Origin: Selaginella moellendorffii
Lineage: Eukaryota; Plantae; Lycopodiophyta
Length of the DNA stretch: 64,000 nt
Direction: 5' to 3'
NCBI RefSeq assembly: GCF_000143415.4
Contig: NW_003314276.1
Span: 707,630-771,629, forward strand
Below the pieces are notes generated by a model. The model had not been told where the DNA came from and did no database searches. It saw only the letters and a list, made by a program, of their open reading frames with translations. Position numbers and translations under genes: made by a program. Positions 26,561-37,650 of the stretch are shown piece by piece. Every line of letters begins with the position of its first letter. Positions within the stretch are counted from its first letter, which is position 1.

Positions 26561-27669
26561 CATGTGGCAAATGCTGCATGAAGAAAGATGCCCTTTCTGG
26601 GCAAATGCTGTAAGAGGCAGATTCTGAGCAGATGTATCTCAGGCCAGCGAAGGGGACAAACGAAAGCTAGCTATAAACATGACGGGATGCAAATAGATTA
26701 CTAGGCTGGTCCTGCGAAAATCAAAAACCATAATTGAAAACATTGAAAATGCAAAAAGAAAGGTTTATAATATTTTTGAATTTTAAGCAACTAAATGAAT
26801 GTAAGTAGGGCACATGTTTGTAAGTTTAAAAATGCCTCAACCACTTAAATTCCCAAGTAAATAAAGCTGTTTCTATTTTTGGTACAGGTAAACTTTATAG
26901 CGTGTGGGCTCATGCAATTTTGAACCCAAAAATGCACCAAAAAATGCTCGACTAGCATTATTCTTTGAATGGCGTGTGGCCTTATATTGCCATAAATGGA
27001 CGTACACACACAGTATAATTATTCCTTTACACGGCGAATAATCTTGGCGCGGATCGCTGACATGGCATGGCAAAGTTCGAATCACTGACATGGCACAGCT
27101 GGATCGAGGCAAGGACATGATGTGACAAAGTTCAACCTCCGACAGCAAAGTCTAGAAGCTACTCAGTTTGAAATTTGTCAGAGGAATCATAAGATCTGGT
27201 TTGTCAGAGGATTTGATGTGACGTTCAAGCGTGTGTTATTTTTGAATTCTCGAACTCATTCCTAGGTCTATCATTTTTGTGCGCCGTGTTCTTGGTTCCG
27301 CTGAGCGCAGTGAGCGCTGCTTGTGTAAGCGGCATTGTGAGCTGTGGTTTATGCGTCTACAAGCGGTTGCGGCATTGCGATCGCCAGTTTATGCGAGTGG
27401 CAGTTTGTGCGAGCGGCGCTACGAGCAGTTGCGGTGTTGCGAGCGGCGCTACGAGTAGTTGCGGTGTTGCGAGCGGCACTGTCTTTGGTGTGACTACCGC
27501 TTCCTCTTGATATTCGGCACTTGTGCTTCCTGGTATGTTCACCATGGAATGGTTTAGGACCACATTTAGAAATGGCATGAGGCCACATGCCATCTTAGGC
27601 CCTTGCAATTTCATGGCTAACGTATTGTCATGTATGTTTTTACTTGCCTGCAGCTGTGTGTATATCAAG

Positions 27670-27861
27670 ATGGCATGAGGCCTCATGCCATCTTTGGCCC
27701 CTACTAGCCTATTGCCATATTCCTTTTGCCTTGCTGCAACTGTATATATTTTTGTATGGGTGACTAGTCACGCACACAAAAATATATACAGTTGCAACAA
27801 GGCAAAAGGAATATAGCAACAGGCTAGCAAGGGCCAAAGATAGCGTGAGGCCTCATGCCAT
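27670..27861. repeat. 192-bp imperfect inverted repeat bounded by two palindrome units
   Basis: Arms pair around the centre GTGACTAGTCAC (27760-27771). Confidence 0.9.
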
Positions 27862-27952
27862 TAGTGGTACCACTAATGGCATGAGGGCTCATGCCAATTT
27901 TGTGAATGCGAAATTTCACGTGGGTGTCAATAGCATGTTTGAATAATGGCAT

Positions 27953-30885
27953 GTGGCCTCATGCTATTTGGTATGTTATGATTTAGGCGAACGAGGAGAG
28001 ATGGTCGTCGGGGTAAATGTTGTTGTTGCCTTGAAAAATCTACAGAAGAAAGCAGATGTTGGGGACAGCGCAAGTGCGACGCATGTTCCCTCCGTGGATC
28101 TTAAGAACCGTGCTACATGGATTCAGGCAAAGGTGTTTCTAAACAACCCCGAGGGGGAGGTGGTAGTTGAGGGCTTAGCCACAGTTGTCGATCCAAGAGA
28201 TGCGGTTGCTAATCAAGAATTGGGCTGGGATGATATTGGAGTTGCGATTTTAGAGGTTGTTGACATAGAAGAAAACAGTCTGACTATTGGAAGCATTGTG
28301 CGGTGGAAATTGAGGCATTTAGTGTTTGAGAATGTGAAGGATTCACAATCAAACACCACTACAACTGATGACAGAACATCTCTTCATGGGAAAAGAAAGT
28401 ACACCTTCCTACAGTGCAGCCAAAGGGATCTGAGCAACGAACCGAAAAGGCAGAAAATGGCGATGGAGGTTCGAATGGTCTCGATAGTTGCTTGTTGCAA
28501 GAGGAGGTGCTGTCAACATGCTGATTGGGATGCTATTGAAGAGGAGAGAGCAAGATACAAGACATTGTCCTGGAAGGCAGCTTGCAATTTTGTGTATGAG
28601 GCATTACGGTCATCTGTTGATGCTTCAGAACATTAGGTGGGGGGCATGGTCTTCCAGAGGGGTTTGGTCTGCATGAAGGCATGGAGAATCATTTATGGAG
28701 TCCCTCAAAGCACATTCTACAGAATCAAAACTGAGTTCGAGGAACAAAGGGTTCAACAGGCAGTCCATGGGAACGACGGTACGCACAAAACCAGGGGTCA
28801 TGTTGTATATGGAGAGGCAATCTTCAAGAGGTTTGTCGAGACATGTAGCAAGCAGCAACCACATAAAACCTGCCTCTTGGAAGATGGAACACGAGACACC
28901 CAACGAGTTCTCCCTTCCATGTATACCAAGGGGCCATATTGGAAGATGTGAATCGGGAACTCCAGAGTAATGGCTACAGGAAGCTGAGCCAATCTAGATT
29001 TAGTAGATTGTGGAGCAACAGGTTCAGGGATGTGAGTATAGGAAAGTACTCCAGCTTTTCAAAGTGTGACGAGTGCACTGCTATCAAAATGGCTTTGTCG
29101 AAGAATTCTTGCAGCGCTCAAGAGCGAGAGACATTGGTTAGAAGGCGGCTCGACCACAACATCGAGCAGAGAAGCTGCAGGACTGCATATTATCATAACA
29201 GGATTCTCTCCATGGAGAGACCTGACTCTTACCTCTGCATCATCCACGACAAAATGGACCAGAAAAAGACGTGCTTACCTCGACTCAATCCTGCCCCCAA
29301 GGCAATCTCTTCATCCATGCAGCTGCCTGTGTCTCTGTTTGGCATAATTGCTCATGGGCATGGTGCCCAGAACTATGGGTACTTCTTTGTACCTCTATGG
29401 GGTGGCGGGGGTGCAAACATGATGATTGCGTCCCTAGCAAAACATTTAAGGTCTCTACAAAGTGCGCAGACTGAGCTGAACGGCCAACCCTTGCATAAGG
29501 CCCTTGTCAATTGAACCCCATACAGGGTTCAGCTGGAGGAGGAGCAAAGGCTTGCAATATCGCGTGGGGCCCCATGCCATCCCAGTGAATATGTTGGCCG
29601 TCAGATTGTAGGGTTATCACGTGAGGCCTCATGCCATTCCGACGAGGCTGGTCGCCCAGTGAATGCACAGCCTCATCCAAACGAAGCAGAATCTCAAGGA
29701 AGTTCTTGCGGCCGATGTGGCCTTCCACCCCATCTTCTGCTCCAAACAGACAATGCTGGCAGTGAGAACAAAAACATGTACGTCTTCGCGTACTTGGCGA
29801 TGCTTGTTGCCAAAGGCATATTTGAAACGGTTACACTTGGCTTTCTCATGGTTAGGCACACTCATGAAGACGTCGATGCCATGTTCAGTCACCTGGCAGA
29901 GTCCCTCCGGCGATCCAATGTCCTCACCCTCCCACAACTCTACGATGAATTCCAAAATTGCATCAAAGGCACTGTTGAAGCTGCACTTGTGACAGAGGTT
30001 CCAGACTTTAAGGGGTTTGTAAAAGGCTACATTAGGGATGGATCCGAAATGCTGATTGGCCACTCCAAGCCTCTTCAGTTTCATTTCAGCATGCGTGACG
30101 GTGCTCCAGTGATGAGGTACAAGATGAGAGAATGGGACACAGTGTGGCTGCCAGTGGATGGCATTGAACTCTTCAAGAGAGATCCCATAACTGGGGAACC
30201 TATGATTCCTCAGGGTTCCCCACGGCCGATGCACCCGGATGGACTCAAAGACCAGGAAAGTATAGTGGCCGGGATTAGACAGCATATTGCCTTCTGGAAG
30301 AGGGGGTTGGTGTTTGGTGGAGAATCCTATTTTAAGAGGTGCAAGCCTTTGCTCGAATACTGGGAGAAGATTATATCTGCTATCCAAAATGGGCCGGTTG
30401 TATATGAAGAATTGGAAGAGTCCTTTTGGCCAGAACCCAGAGCACTAGATAGTAGCGGAACAATGTCCTCTGGAAATGCAGTGACAGATAACGATGTTGA
30501 GGATCACTATTGTGGGCCGAGGAACAAGAAGCCGGATTCAGCATTCAATCCAGTACAGGTCTGCAAAGGAATGGTCGTGCTTGTCAGACCCAGTAATAAA
30601 AAACAAATGATATGGGTGGGGCGCTGCATCACTGATGCAGAGGAGGACGTGGAAACTAACTCCTTCAATGTAACTGTGGAGTGGTTCAAGCCAAGTTCCG
30701 GATATACGAAGGATTGCCTAGAAAAGAGATGGGTGCTGAATCCAAGGGATCCCAGCATGAGCATATCGGTGGATAATGTTGTGCATGGTTGGATGCAGAA
30801 GCAGAGTGCCACCATCACCTTGCCAGACCATGCAAGAGATGCAGCAAGAGCATTCATAACCCGGGTTCAAGGTGAGATTCATTAA
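27953..30885 (+). pseudogene. Sola-like DDD transposase, disrupted
   Basis: FSKCDEC, IIHDKMDQKKT, LQTDNAGSENKN...FLMVRHTHEDVDAMFS. Stops at 28634 and 29512 and a frameshift near 28940. Start uncertain (ATG ~28001). Confidence 0.8.
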
Positions 30886-31574
30886 TATTCCTTTACTAAG
30901 TTTCTAATGTATTTTATTTCAAGGTGAACAATCCGAATCTAAATCAGAGGAGGCGTGATGGCATGTGGCCCTTTGCACTAGTATATCTTAATACCGGTCT
31001 GAGAAATAGAATGGCATGTGCTCTCAGGCCTTTTACTAAATCACCTTTGAAAGAAATGCAAGCCTCTATGTCGTAAAAAAAAGGTACTAGAGAAATTCCT
31101 TAATAATATGAATGTTATTTAGTTTCATGAAAATACACTAAGGGTCAAATGAGTTAAATGACTTCTCCAGACTAGCAATGCCTCTTGCTACACCTTCACA
31201 ATTAGATTCGTTAGAAAAAGATAACATTGAATAATATCTAAATGTTCTCACCATTAAGTTATATGTCTGGCTAATAGGAATAACGTTCATCTTGGAAAGC
31301 TCACCACACGCTCAATGAACAAACAAATAGTGTGTGCGCGCATGCCATCGCTCTTCTTTAGCTTCAGATTCGGCTTGTTCACCTTGACAATGAGATTTAT
31401 TATACAACCAGATGGACTCAGTCTGGACACAAAGTCACCGCGCTAGTCACCATGCCCCAGATATGTCTAGCCCCTGGACAAAAAACATATAATTTCACGT
31501 CATTTTCAAATACTTGAAAATTTGTACCTAGTCCCATTTTACTGAATAAATCCCACTTTAACGAAATAGAGCTT

Positions 31575-32305
31575 TTTGGGACTTGCGGAGATGTGTTATA
31601 ACAACTCACCACATTCGAGTATCGGGGTGAGTCCATGGGAAGTCATCAATGGGCGAGCTATTGAAGGTCCTGTGGAACTCGGCGTGGCCGAGTATCATGG
31701 AGAGTTGCCTGCAGTGGAGGCATTCACGGCGGAAAGACTCAGCATTTGGAACCTAGTGAGGGATTCCTTGGAACGGGCTCAACAAAGGCAAACCAAATAC
31801 GCGAACCAGAAGCGTCGGGATGTAGAGTTCCAAGCTGGGGAGAAGGTGTGGCTGAACACCAAGAACCTCAGACTACCAAGTGGGATCAGCCGAAAGTTGA
31901 CCCAAAGGTAAAGATGCATGTATTCCTGTAAATGAATTGATCTTGAGTTCCTTAAGCAGGTTCGCGGGGCCTTACGAGATTGAGGCACGAATCGGTAAAG
32001 TGGCTTACCGACTCCGACTTCCTCGAGAGATGGGGAAGATGCACCCAGTGTTCCACGTGAACTTACTCAAGCCGTACTTTGAGGATCCGCTTCGCAAGGA
32101 CCAAGTGAGACCTTTACCTGAGGTTATCCAAGGGGAAGAGGAATACGAAGTCGAGGCCATCCTCAATGCGCGCAAGAGCAAGCAACAAAGACGCGAGGTG
32201 AGAGAGTTCCATGTGAAGTGGAGAGGATTTCCACACTGCGAAGCAACATGGGAACCGGAGGAGAACCTAGCGAACGCTCGAGATCTAATGGAGGAATTTC
32301 TGTAA
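31575..32305 (+). pseudogene. Integrase C-terminus (GPY/F motif) and chromodomain of gypsy copy B
   Basis: KLTQR|FAGPYEI across intron 31908-31959; EEEYEVEAIL...VKWRGFPHCEATWEPEENL. Confidence 0.92.
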
Positions 32306-32744
32306 GGCAGAACTCTATGTACTTATGCAAAATTCAATTAAAAATATCAATTTGCAAAGTTGAGCAAGTGGCATATGTTGGGACCCGAAGGCGCGCCAAA
32401 GGTAAGCTAATTAGCATGGGTTGGATAGGTCGACCAGGCGTAGGGCACTACGCCCGACTCCCCGCGGGGATGTCGAATCCGTAGACGTATTCTACGGAGG
32501 TTGGGTTCGAGTCCCAACCCCCTAGTAAAGCAAGGCTGGGTTCAAGTCCCGACCCCATACTAGGGCGTGGTGAGGTGAGGAGTATAGGGACACCTATATT
32601 CCGTTGTCATGGGCTCTTGCCTGGGGAGGCTAACTTAGGCACACCGCTAAGTGGGGGGATGCCCCCGGAGACATGGTCAACAAGTCGTAGGATAAAACGA
32701 GACGTTCGATGTGGGCATCGAACTTCTTCTATGGGTGGTGGAGT

Positions 32745-33901
32745 TGTAAGGAACCGACTCCCCGAGATGTCGTAGGCTAAAGGATCCCCAAAAGCTTGAC
32801 CGAAATGACAAAGAGTTCATCGGATGGGACCAAGTCAAGGATCGAGTCCAAGACCGACTCTAGGACCGAGTTCGAGATAGGGTCCGGAATCGAGTCCAAG
32901 ACCGACTCGGGGACCGAGTTCGAGTCCGAGTTCGAGACTGAGTTCGAGACGAAGTCCGAGATCCGAAATCGGGTCCGAGACCGAGTCCAAGGTCGAGTCC
33001 GAGGTCGGATCCGAGATCGGGTCCGAGATCGAGTCCGAGATCGAGTCCGAAACCAAATCCGAAGTCGGATCCAAAATCGGGTCCGAGATCGAGCCAGAGA
33101 CTAAGTCCAAATACTAATACGGGTCAAGGGGTGAAAGCCCAAAGCGTGCGTCTCCCAGGGGGGGGGGCTGCAGGGGGTTCCAAAAGTATAGTAGGGATAG
33201 TGAGGTCCAGGAACCAGTTTTGAGGGGACTCTCCAGTTGGGCTTCCAAACCGACTCGAGGTTGGGACTGGGACCGAGGGGCCTTGGGTGGGAGTGAGCAT
33301 GGACTTGGCTGGTGCCGGAGGGGCCATCCAAGGAAGTGCTCAAGAGCAGCTCCCACTCCCGAAAGGGAAACCGACTGCGGTGCTCTCGGCTCAGGTGGAG
33401 TGGTGCCCCACTTGAGTACCTTGTGGCTCATTGGTCCTCGCCCTTCCGGGGGCTTGGGCCTTCCCTTCGGGATGGAAGAGGGGGGGTAGAGGTACCCATA
33501 CCGGGCCGTTAGGCCACGGTGTTTCGCCCCGACGTCCCGAAGCAAGTGCTGCACCCAAGACTTGGGATTTAGAGGGTCCCATGATCAAGTCTTGTGTTAC
33601 CAAGGGGTGTTAGGAATCTGGAGGCTTGGTGTGCTTGGCTGCTTGTGCCTGCGGGGAGTGTAGCCGAACCTTAAGTCCAGTCTAACCCGGGGAGGGGGAT
33701 TGGGAGAGATTTGGGAATCCGTAGATGGATGGCTAACACTCCGTTGCTCGTGCAGTGAGTAGCTGAAACCAAGTAGGACCAAGTAGGAGCTGGTACCATA
33801 GGCGAGAACCTTGGCGAGGGAACTTAGCACAAGCCAAGGCAGAGTTGGTCGGATAGACGAGGTAAGCTGGCAAATTGGAAAGGAAAAATTTGTGGCTTAC
33901 A
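32745..33901 (+). repeat. 3' LTR of gypsy copy B
   Basis: Near-identical to 14067-15212 (one 12-bp indel and roughly a dozen substitutions by eye). Confidence 0.95.
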
Positions 33902-33906
33902 CACGG

Positions 33907-36900
33907 GACTCCCCCCAAGTGAGGGGTTCGATGCGATATTCGTGGTGGTGGACCGTTTTTCGAAGATGGCACATTTCATACCCACCACAATGGAAGTGGA
34001 TGCGAAAGGTGTGGCGAAGGTGTTCTTTGAACAAGTGGTTAGAGGTGGGGAAGGCCATAAGAGATCATCTTAGATCGAGATAAGATCTACACCAGTAGGT
34101 TTTGGAGAATTCTCTTGGAACAATATCACACTAAGTTGAAATTCAGCACAGCCTATCACCCACAGATAGGTATTGGGTATTAAGTCAAGTTTGATAGCAA
34201 TAACACTTCTTGAGAGATGGACAAACGGAAAGGGTGAATAGGCAGCTGGAGGATTATCTGCGATGCTATGTCTCTGGAGACCAAACCGATTGGGTAAGTC
34301 ATATGGGACTTGTGGAAATGTGTTATAACAACTCACTACATTCGAATATCGGGGTGAGTCCATGGGAAGTTATCAATGGGCGAGCTATTGAAGGTCTTGT
34401 GGAACTTAGTGTGGCCGAGTATCATGAAGAGTTACCCGCGGTGGAGGCATTCACGATAGAAAGGCTCAACATTTGGAATCTAGTAAGGGATTCCTTGGAA
34501 TAGGCTCAACAAAGGCAAACCAAGTACACAAATCAGAAGTGCTAGGATGTAGAGTTCCAACTTGGGGAGAAGGTGTAGCTGAACACCAAGAACCTAAGGC
34601 TACTAATTGGGATCAGTCGGAAGTTGACCCAAAGGTAAAATGCATGTATTCCTGGAAATGAACTAATCTTGAGTTCCTTAAGCAAGCTCATGGAACCTTT
34701 ACCTGAGGTTATCCAAGGGGAAGAGGAATATGAAGTGAAGGCCATCCTCAATGCACGCAAGAGCAAGTGACAAGGATGCGAAGTGAGAGAGTTCTATATG
34801 AATGGAAAGGATTTCCATACTGCGAGGCAACATGGGAACCGGAGGAGAACCTAGCAAACACACGAGATCTAGTGGAGGAATTTTTGCAAGGTAGAACACT
34901 ATGTACTTATGCAAAGTTCAAATAAAAGTATCTATTGTCAAGTTGAGCAGTGGCATGTGTTGGGACCCGGAGGCATACCAAAGGTAAGCTAATTAGCATG
35001 GGTTAGCTAGGTCGACCAAGTGTAGGGAACTACGCCCAACTCCCCATGGGGATGTCAAATCTGTAAACATATTCTACGGAGGTTGGGCTTGAGTCCCAAC
35101 CACCTAGTAAAGCAAAGCTGGGTTCAAGTCCTAACCCCATACTAGGGCGTGGTGAGGTGAGGGGTAAAGGGACACCTATATTTCGTTGTCATGGGAGGCT
35201 AACTAGGCATACCGCTAAGTGGGGGGATGCGCCCAGAGACATGGTCAACAAGTTATAGGATTAAAAAAGAGATATTTAATGTGGGCATCGAACTTCTTCT
35301 ATAAGTGGTAGAGTTATAAAGAATCAACTCCCTGAGGTGTCAAAGGCTAAAGGATCCCCAAAAGCATGACCAAAATGATAAAGACTTCATTAAATAGGAT
35401 CGAGTCTGAGATTAAGTCCAAAACCGACTCTGAGACCGAGTTCGAGACAAAGTCCAAAATTAAGTCCGAGGCCAACTTCGAGAACGAGATCAAGACCAAG
35501 TTCGAAACTGAGTTTGAGACAGAGTCCGAGATCTAAGATCGGGTCATAGACCAAGTCTGAGGTCGAGTCTGAGGTCAAGTCTGAGATCGGGTCTGAAGTT
35601 GAGTCTGAGATCGAGTCCGAGGTTGAGTCCGAGATCGAGTTTGAGACCGAGTCCAAGGTCGGATGTCGCGAATGTGACTTCAGGTATCGAAAGTTACCTG
35701 TCGACCAGTCCTTACTGACACTCTTGCCTTACTGCCACGATGGCAGAAGGTTAGTATTGCTAGACCCGTTATCAGTTCCCACTTGAGCTAGTTGAGAAAC
35801 TGGTCAATGACCATGCACTTAGATTGGATAAATATAAGGTAGGAACCCTATGTGTTTCTTGCTAAGCATACTCGGCTTGGTTTGAGAAACTTGAGTCATT
35901 GGCCTGCACTTGCTAGTATCAAGAACCCCTGCGATATTGAGATTGATCCCTTAACATTGCTAGATGATAGCTTATTGTGTCTGCCAAACACCCTTGCTAT
36001 CATGCCCTTTGTGTTAGACTCATTTCGGTCCCAAATGCTATTTATGGAAAGTGTCCAGATTTGCTCATTTGGCATATCTACGGAATGTAGAGATTGTTTT
36101 GAACATAATAGTGTTCATCCCGTGCATCCCGTGTCCAAATTCGCAATCTAAGAACATTCCATATTTAGTAAATTTCAAGCTTGTCCCAAAGACTAACTCC
36201 TGATACTAAAGGAGGCTTGGGGTGAAAGCCAAAAGCATGTGTTCCTCAAGAGGGGGGGGGGGGGGGGCTATGGGGGGTTCCAAATGTATAGTAGGGATAA
36301 TGGGTAGGTCGAGCATGGCCAACCAACTTGAGGCATAGTCTAGCTCCCGCTTGCGTGCTTGTCCTTGTTCTGCGTCTGGCTTGGGTCTAAGCCCAAGTTC
36401 TATTCCATGCTAGCTGATGGAGTACCCAGGTCCTCACATTAGACCACCGGTATGCCGAAATAGCACCAGACTCCGTTTAGCTCCGTTTTGCGTGTTGGTC
36501 CTAGCATTAGGATGCTAGTTGCTCCAAGACTGTTCCAAGTCGCTCCAAGCTTCTGTCCCTTCGCTCCTTGAGCTATATGCTCAAGAGTTGCTCCGTGGTT
36601 CGGTTCCGTCACTCCTTGGCTCCATGCTTGGGAGTTTGGCACCGTTCCTTCATTCAGTGGTCCAAGGTCTAAAAACTCAGGTTCCATGCCACTGTCCTTT
36701 GGATACGTGGCATGTGACACGTGTCATCTGTCACATGGCACATGAAGGGTTTAGGTTGTGCTTCATTGGTAAATCACCATAGGATAAAGGGTAAAAAGCA
36801 CGTGCGCTACATCGGGTCCAAGATCAAGTCCGAGATCGAGTCCGAGACTGAGTCCAAGTATTAATAAGGGTCGAGGGGTGAAAGCCCAAAGTGTGTATCT

Positions 36901-37650
36901 CCCGGGGGGGTGGGGTGCAAGGGGTTCCAAAAGTATCGTAAGGATAGTGAGGTCCAGGAACCAGTTTTGAAAGAACTCTCTAGTGGTGCTTCCAAATTAA
37001 CTTGAGGTTGGGACTGGGATAAAAGGCCTTGGGTGGGAGTGAGCATGGACTCGGGTGGTGCCGGAGGGGCCACCCAAGGAAGTGCTCAAGAGCAACTCCC
37101 ACTCCCAAAAGGGAAACCAACTTCGGTGCTCCCGGCTCATGTGGAGTAGCGCCCCACTTGAGTATTTTGTGGTTCATTGGTCCTCACCCTTCTTAGGGGC
37201 TTGGGCCTTCCCTTCGGGATGGAAGTGGGGGGGTAGAGGTATCTATACCATGCTATTAGGCCACAGTGTTTCCCCCCGGTGTCCCAAAGCAAGTGTTGCA
37301 TCCAAGGTTTGGGATTTAGAAGGTCCCGTGATCAAGTCTTATTGTACCAAGGGATGTTAGGAACATGGAGGCTTGGTGTGCTTGGCTACTTATGCATGCA
37401 GGGAGTTTAGCCAAACCTTAAATCTAATCTAACCTGGGGAGTAGGGATTGGGAGAGATTTGGGGAATCCATGGATGGATGGATAACGCTCCATTGCTTAT
37501 GCAGTGAATATATGAAACCAAGTAAGACCAAGTAAGAGCTGGTACAATAAGTGGGAACTTTGGCAAGGGAACTAAACTAAGGCCAAGGCAGGGTTGGTTG
37601 GATAGACGAGGTAAGCTGGCAAATTGGAAAGGAAAAACTTATGGCTTACA
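33907..37650 (+). mobile_element. Right part of degenerate gypsy copy C (integrase/chromodomain remnant, 3' UTR, 3' LTR 35315-37650)
   Basis: Continues the TMDFITG|LPPSEGF junction from 14066; LTR split by a solo LTR at 35664-36811. Confidence 0.9.
35664..36811. mobile_element. Solo LTR of a third family
   Basis: TG...CA termini; TSD TCGGA/TCGGG; shares the GGTGAAAGCC...TATAGTAGGG block with the other LTRs. Confidence 0.7.

Larger units (their letters stand above)
19634..31032. repeat. Dispersed 22-bp palindrome family ATGGCRTGWGGCCWCAYGCCAT (~20 copies)
   Basis: Copies start at 19634, 20711, 20786, 22018, 22209, 22350, 23849, 25126, 25186, 25263, 26034, 26969, 27572, 27670, 27840, 27876, 27946, 29559, 29616, 30958 and 31011 (some degenerate). 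None noticed outside the TIR-bounded element. Confidence 0.9.
19248..31574 (+). mobile_element. 12.3-kb DNA transposon with Sola-like DDD transposase and a cargo gene
   Basis: 24-bp TIRs AAGCTCTATTTCGTTAAAGTGGGA (19248-19271; inverse 31551-31574). 4-bp TSD TTTG (19244-19247/31575-31578). Empty site GTCATTTGGGACTTG is seen in copy A. Confidence 0.92.
14067..33901 (+). mobile_element. Full-length Ty3/gypsy chromovirus (copy B), nested in copy C and interrupted by a DNA transposon
   Basis: LTRs 14067-15212 and 32745-33901 nearly identical; TSD CACGG (14062-14066/33902-33906); PBS ATTTGGTATCGGAGC at 15213; PPT ~32733-32744; gag-PR-RT-RH-IN-chromodomain order. Confidence 0.97.

Noticed and set aside
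19634-31032. Palindromic repeats as a CRISPR array
   Set aside because: Spacing is irregular (tens of bp to kb), the context is eukaryotic and there are no cas-like ORFs.
19248-31574. Classification as CACTA, Mutator, hAT or Helitron
   Set aside because: No CACTA ends; the TSD is 4 bp rather than 3, 8 or 9; TIRs are present; no Rep/helicase motifs.
32495-32560. tRNA gene or hammerhead ribozyme in the gypsy 3' UTR
   Set aside because: Only T-loop-like hairpins; no cloverleaf and no CUGAUGA/GAAA core recognised.
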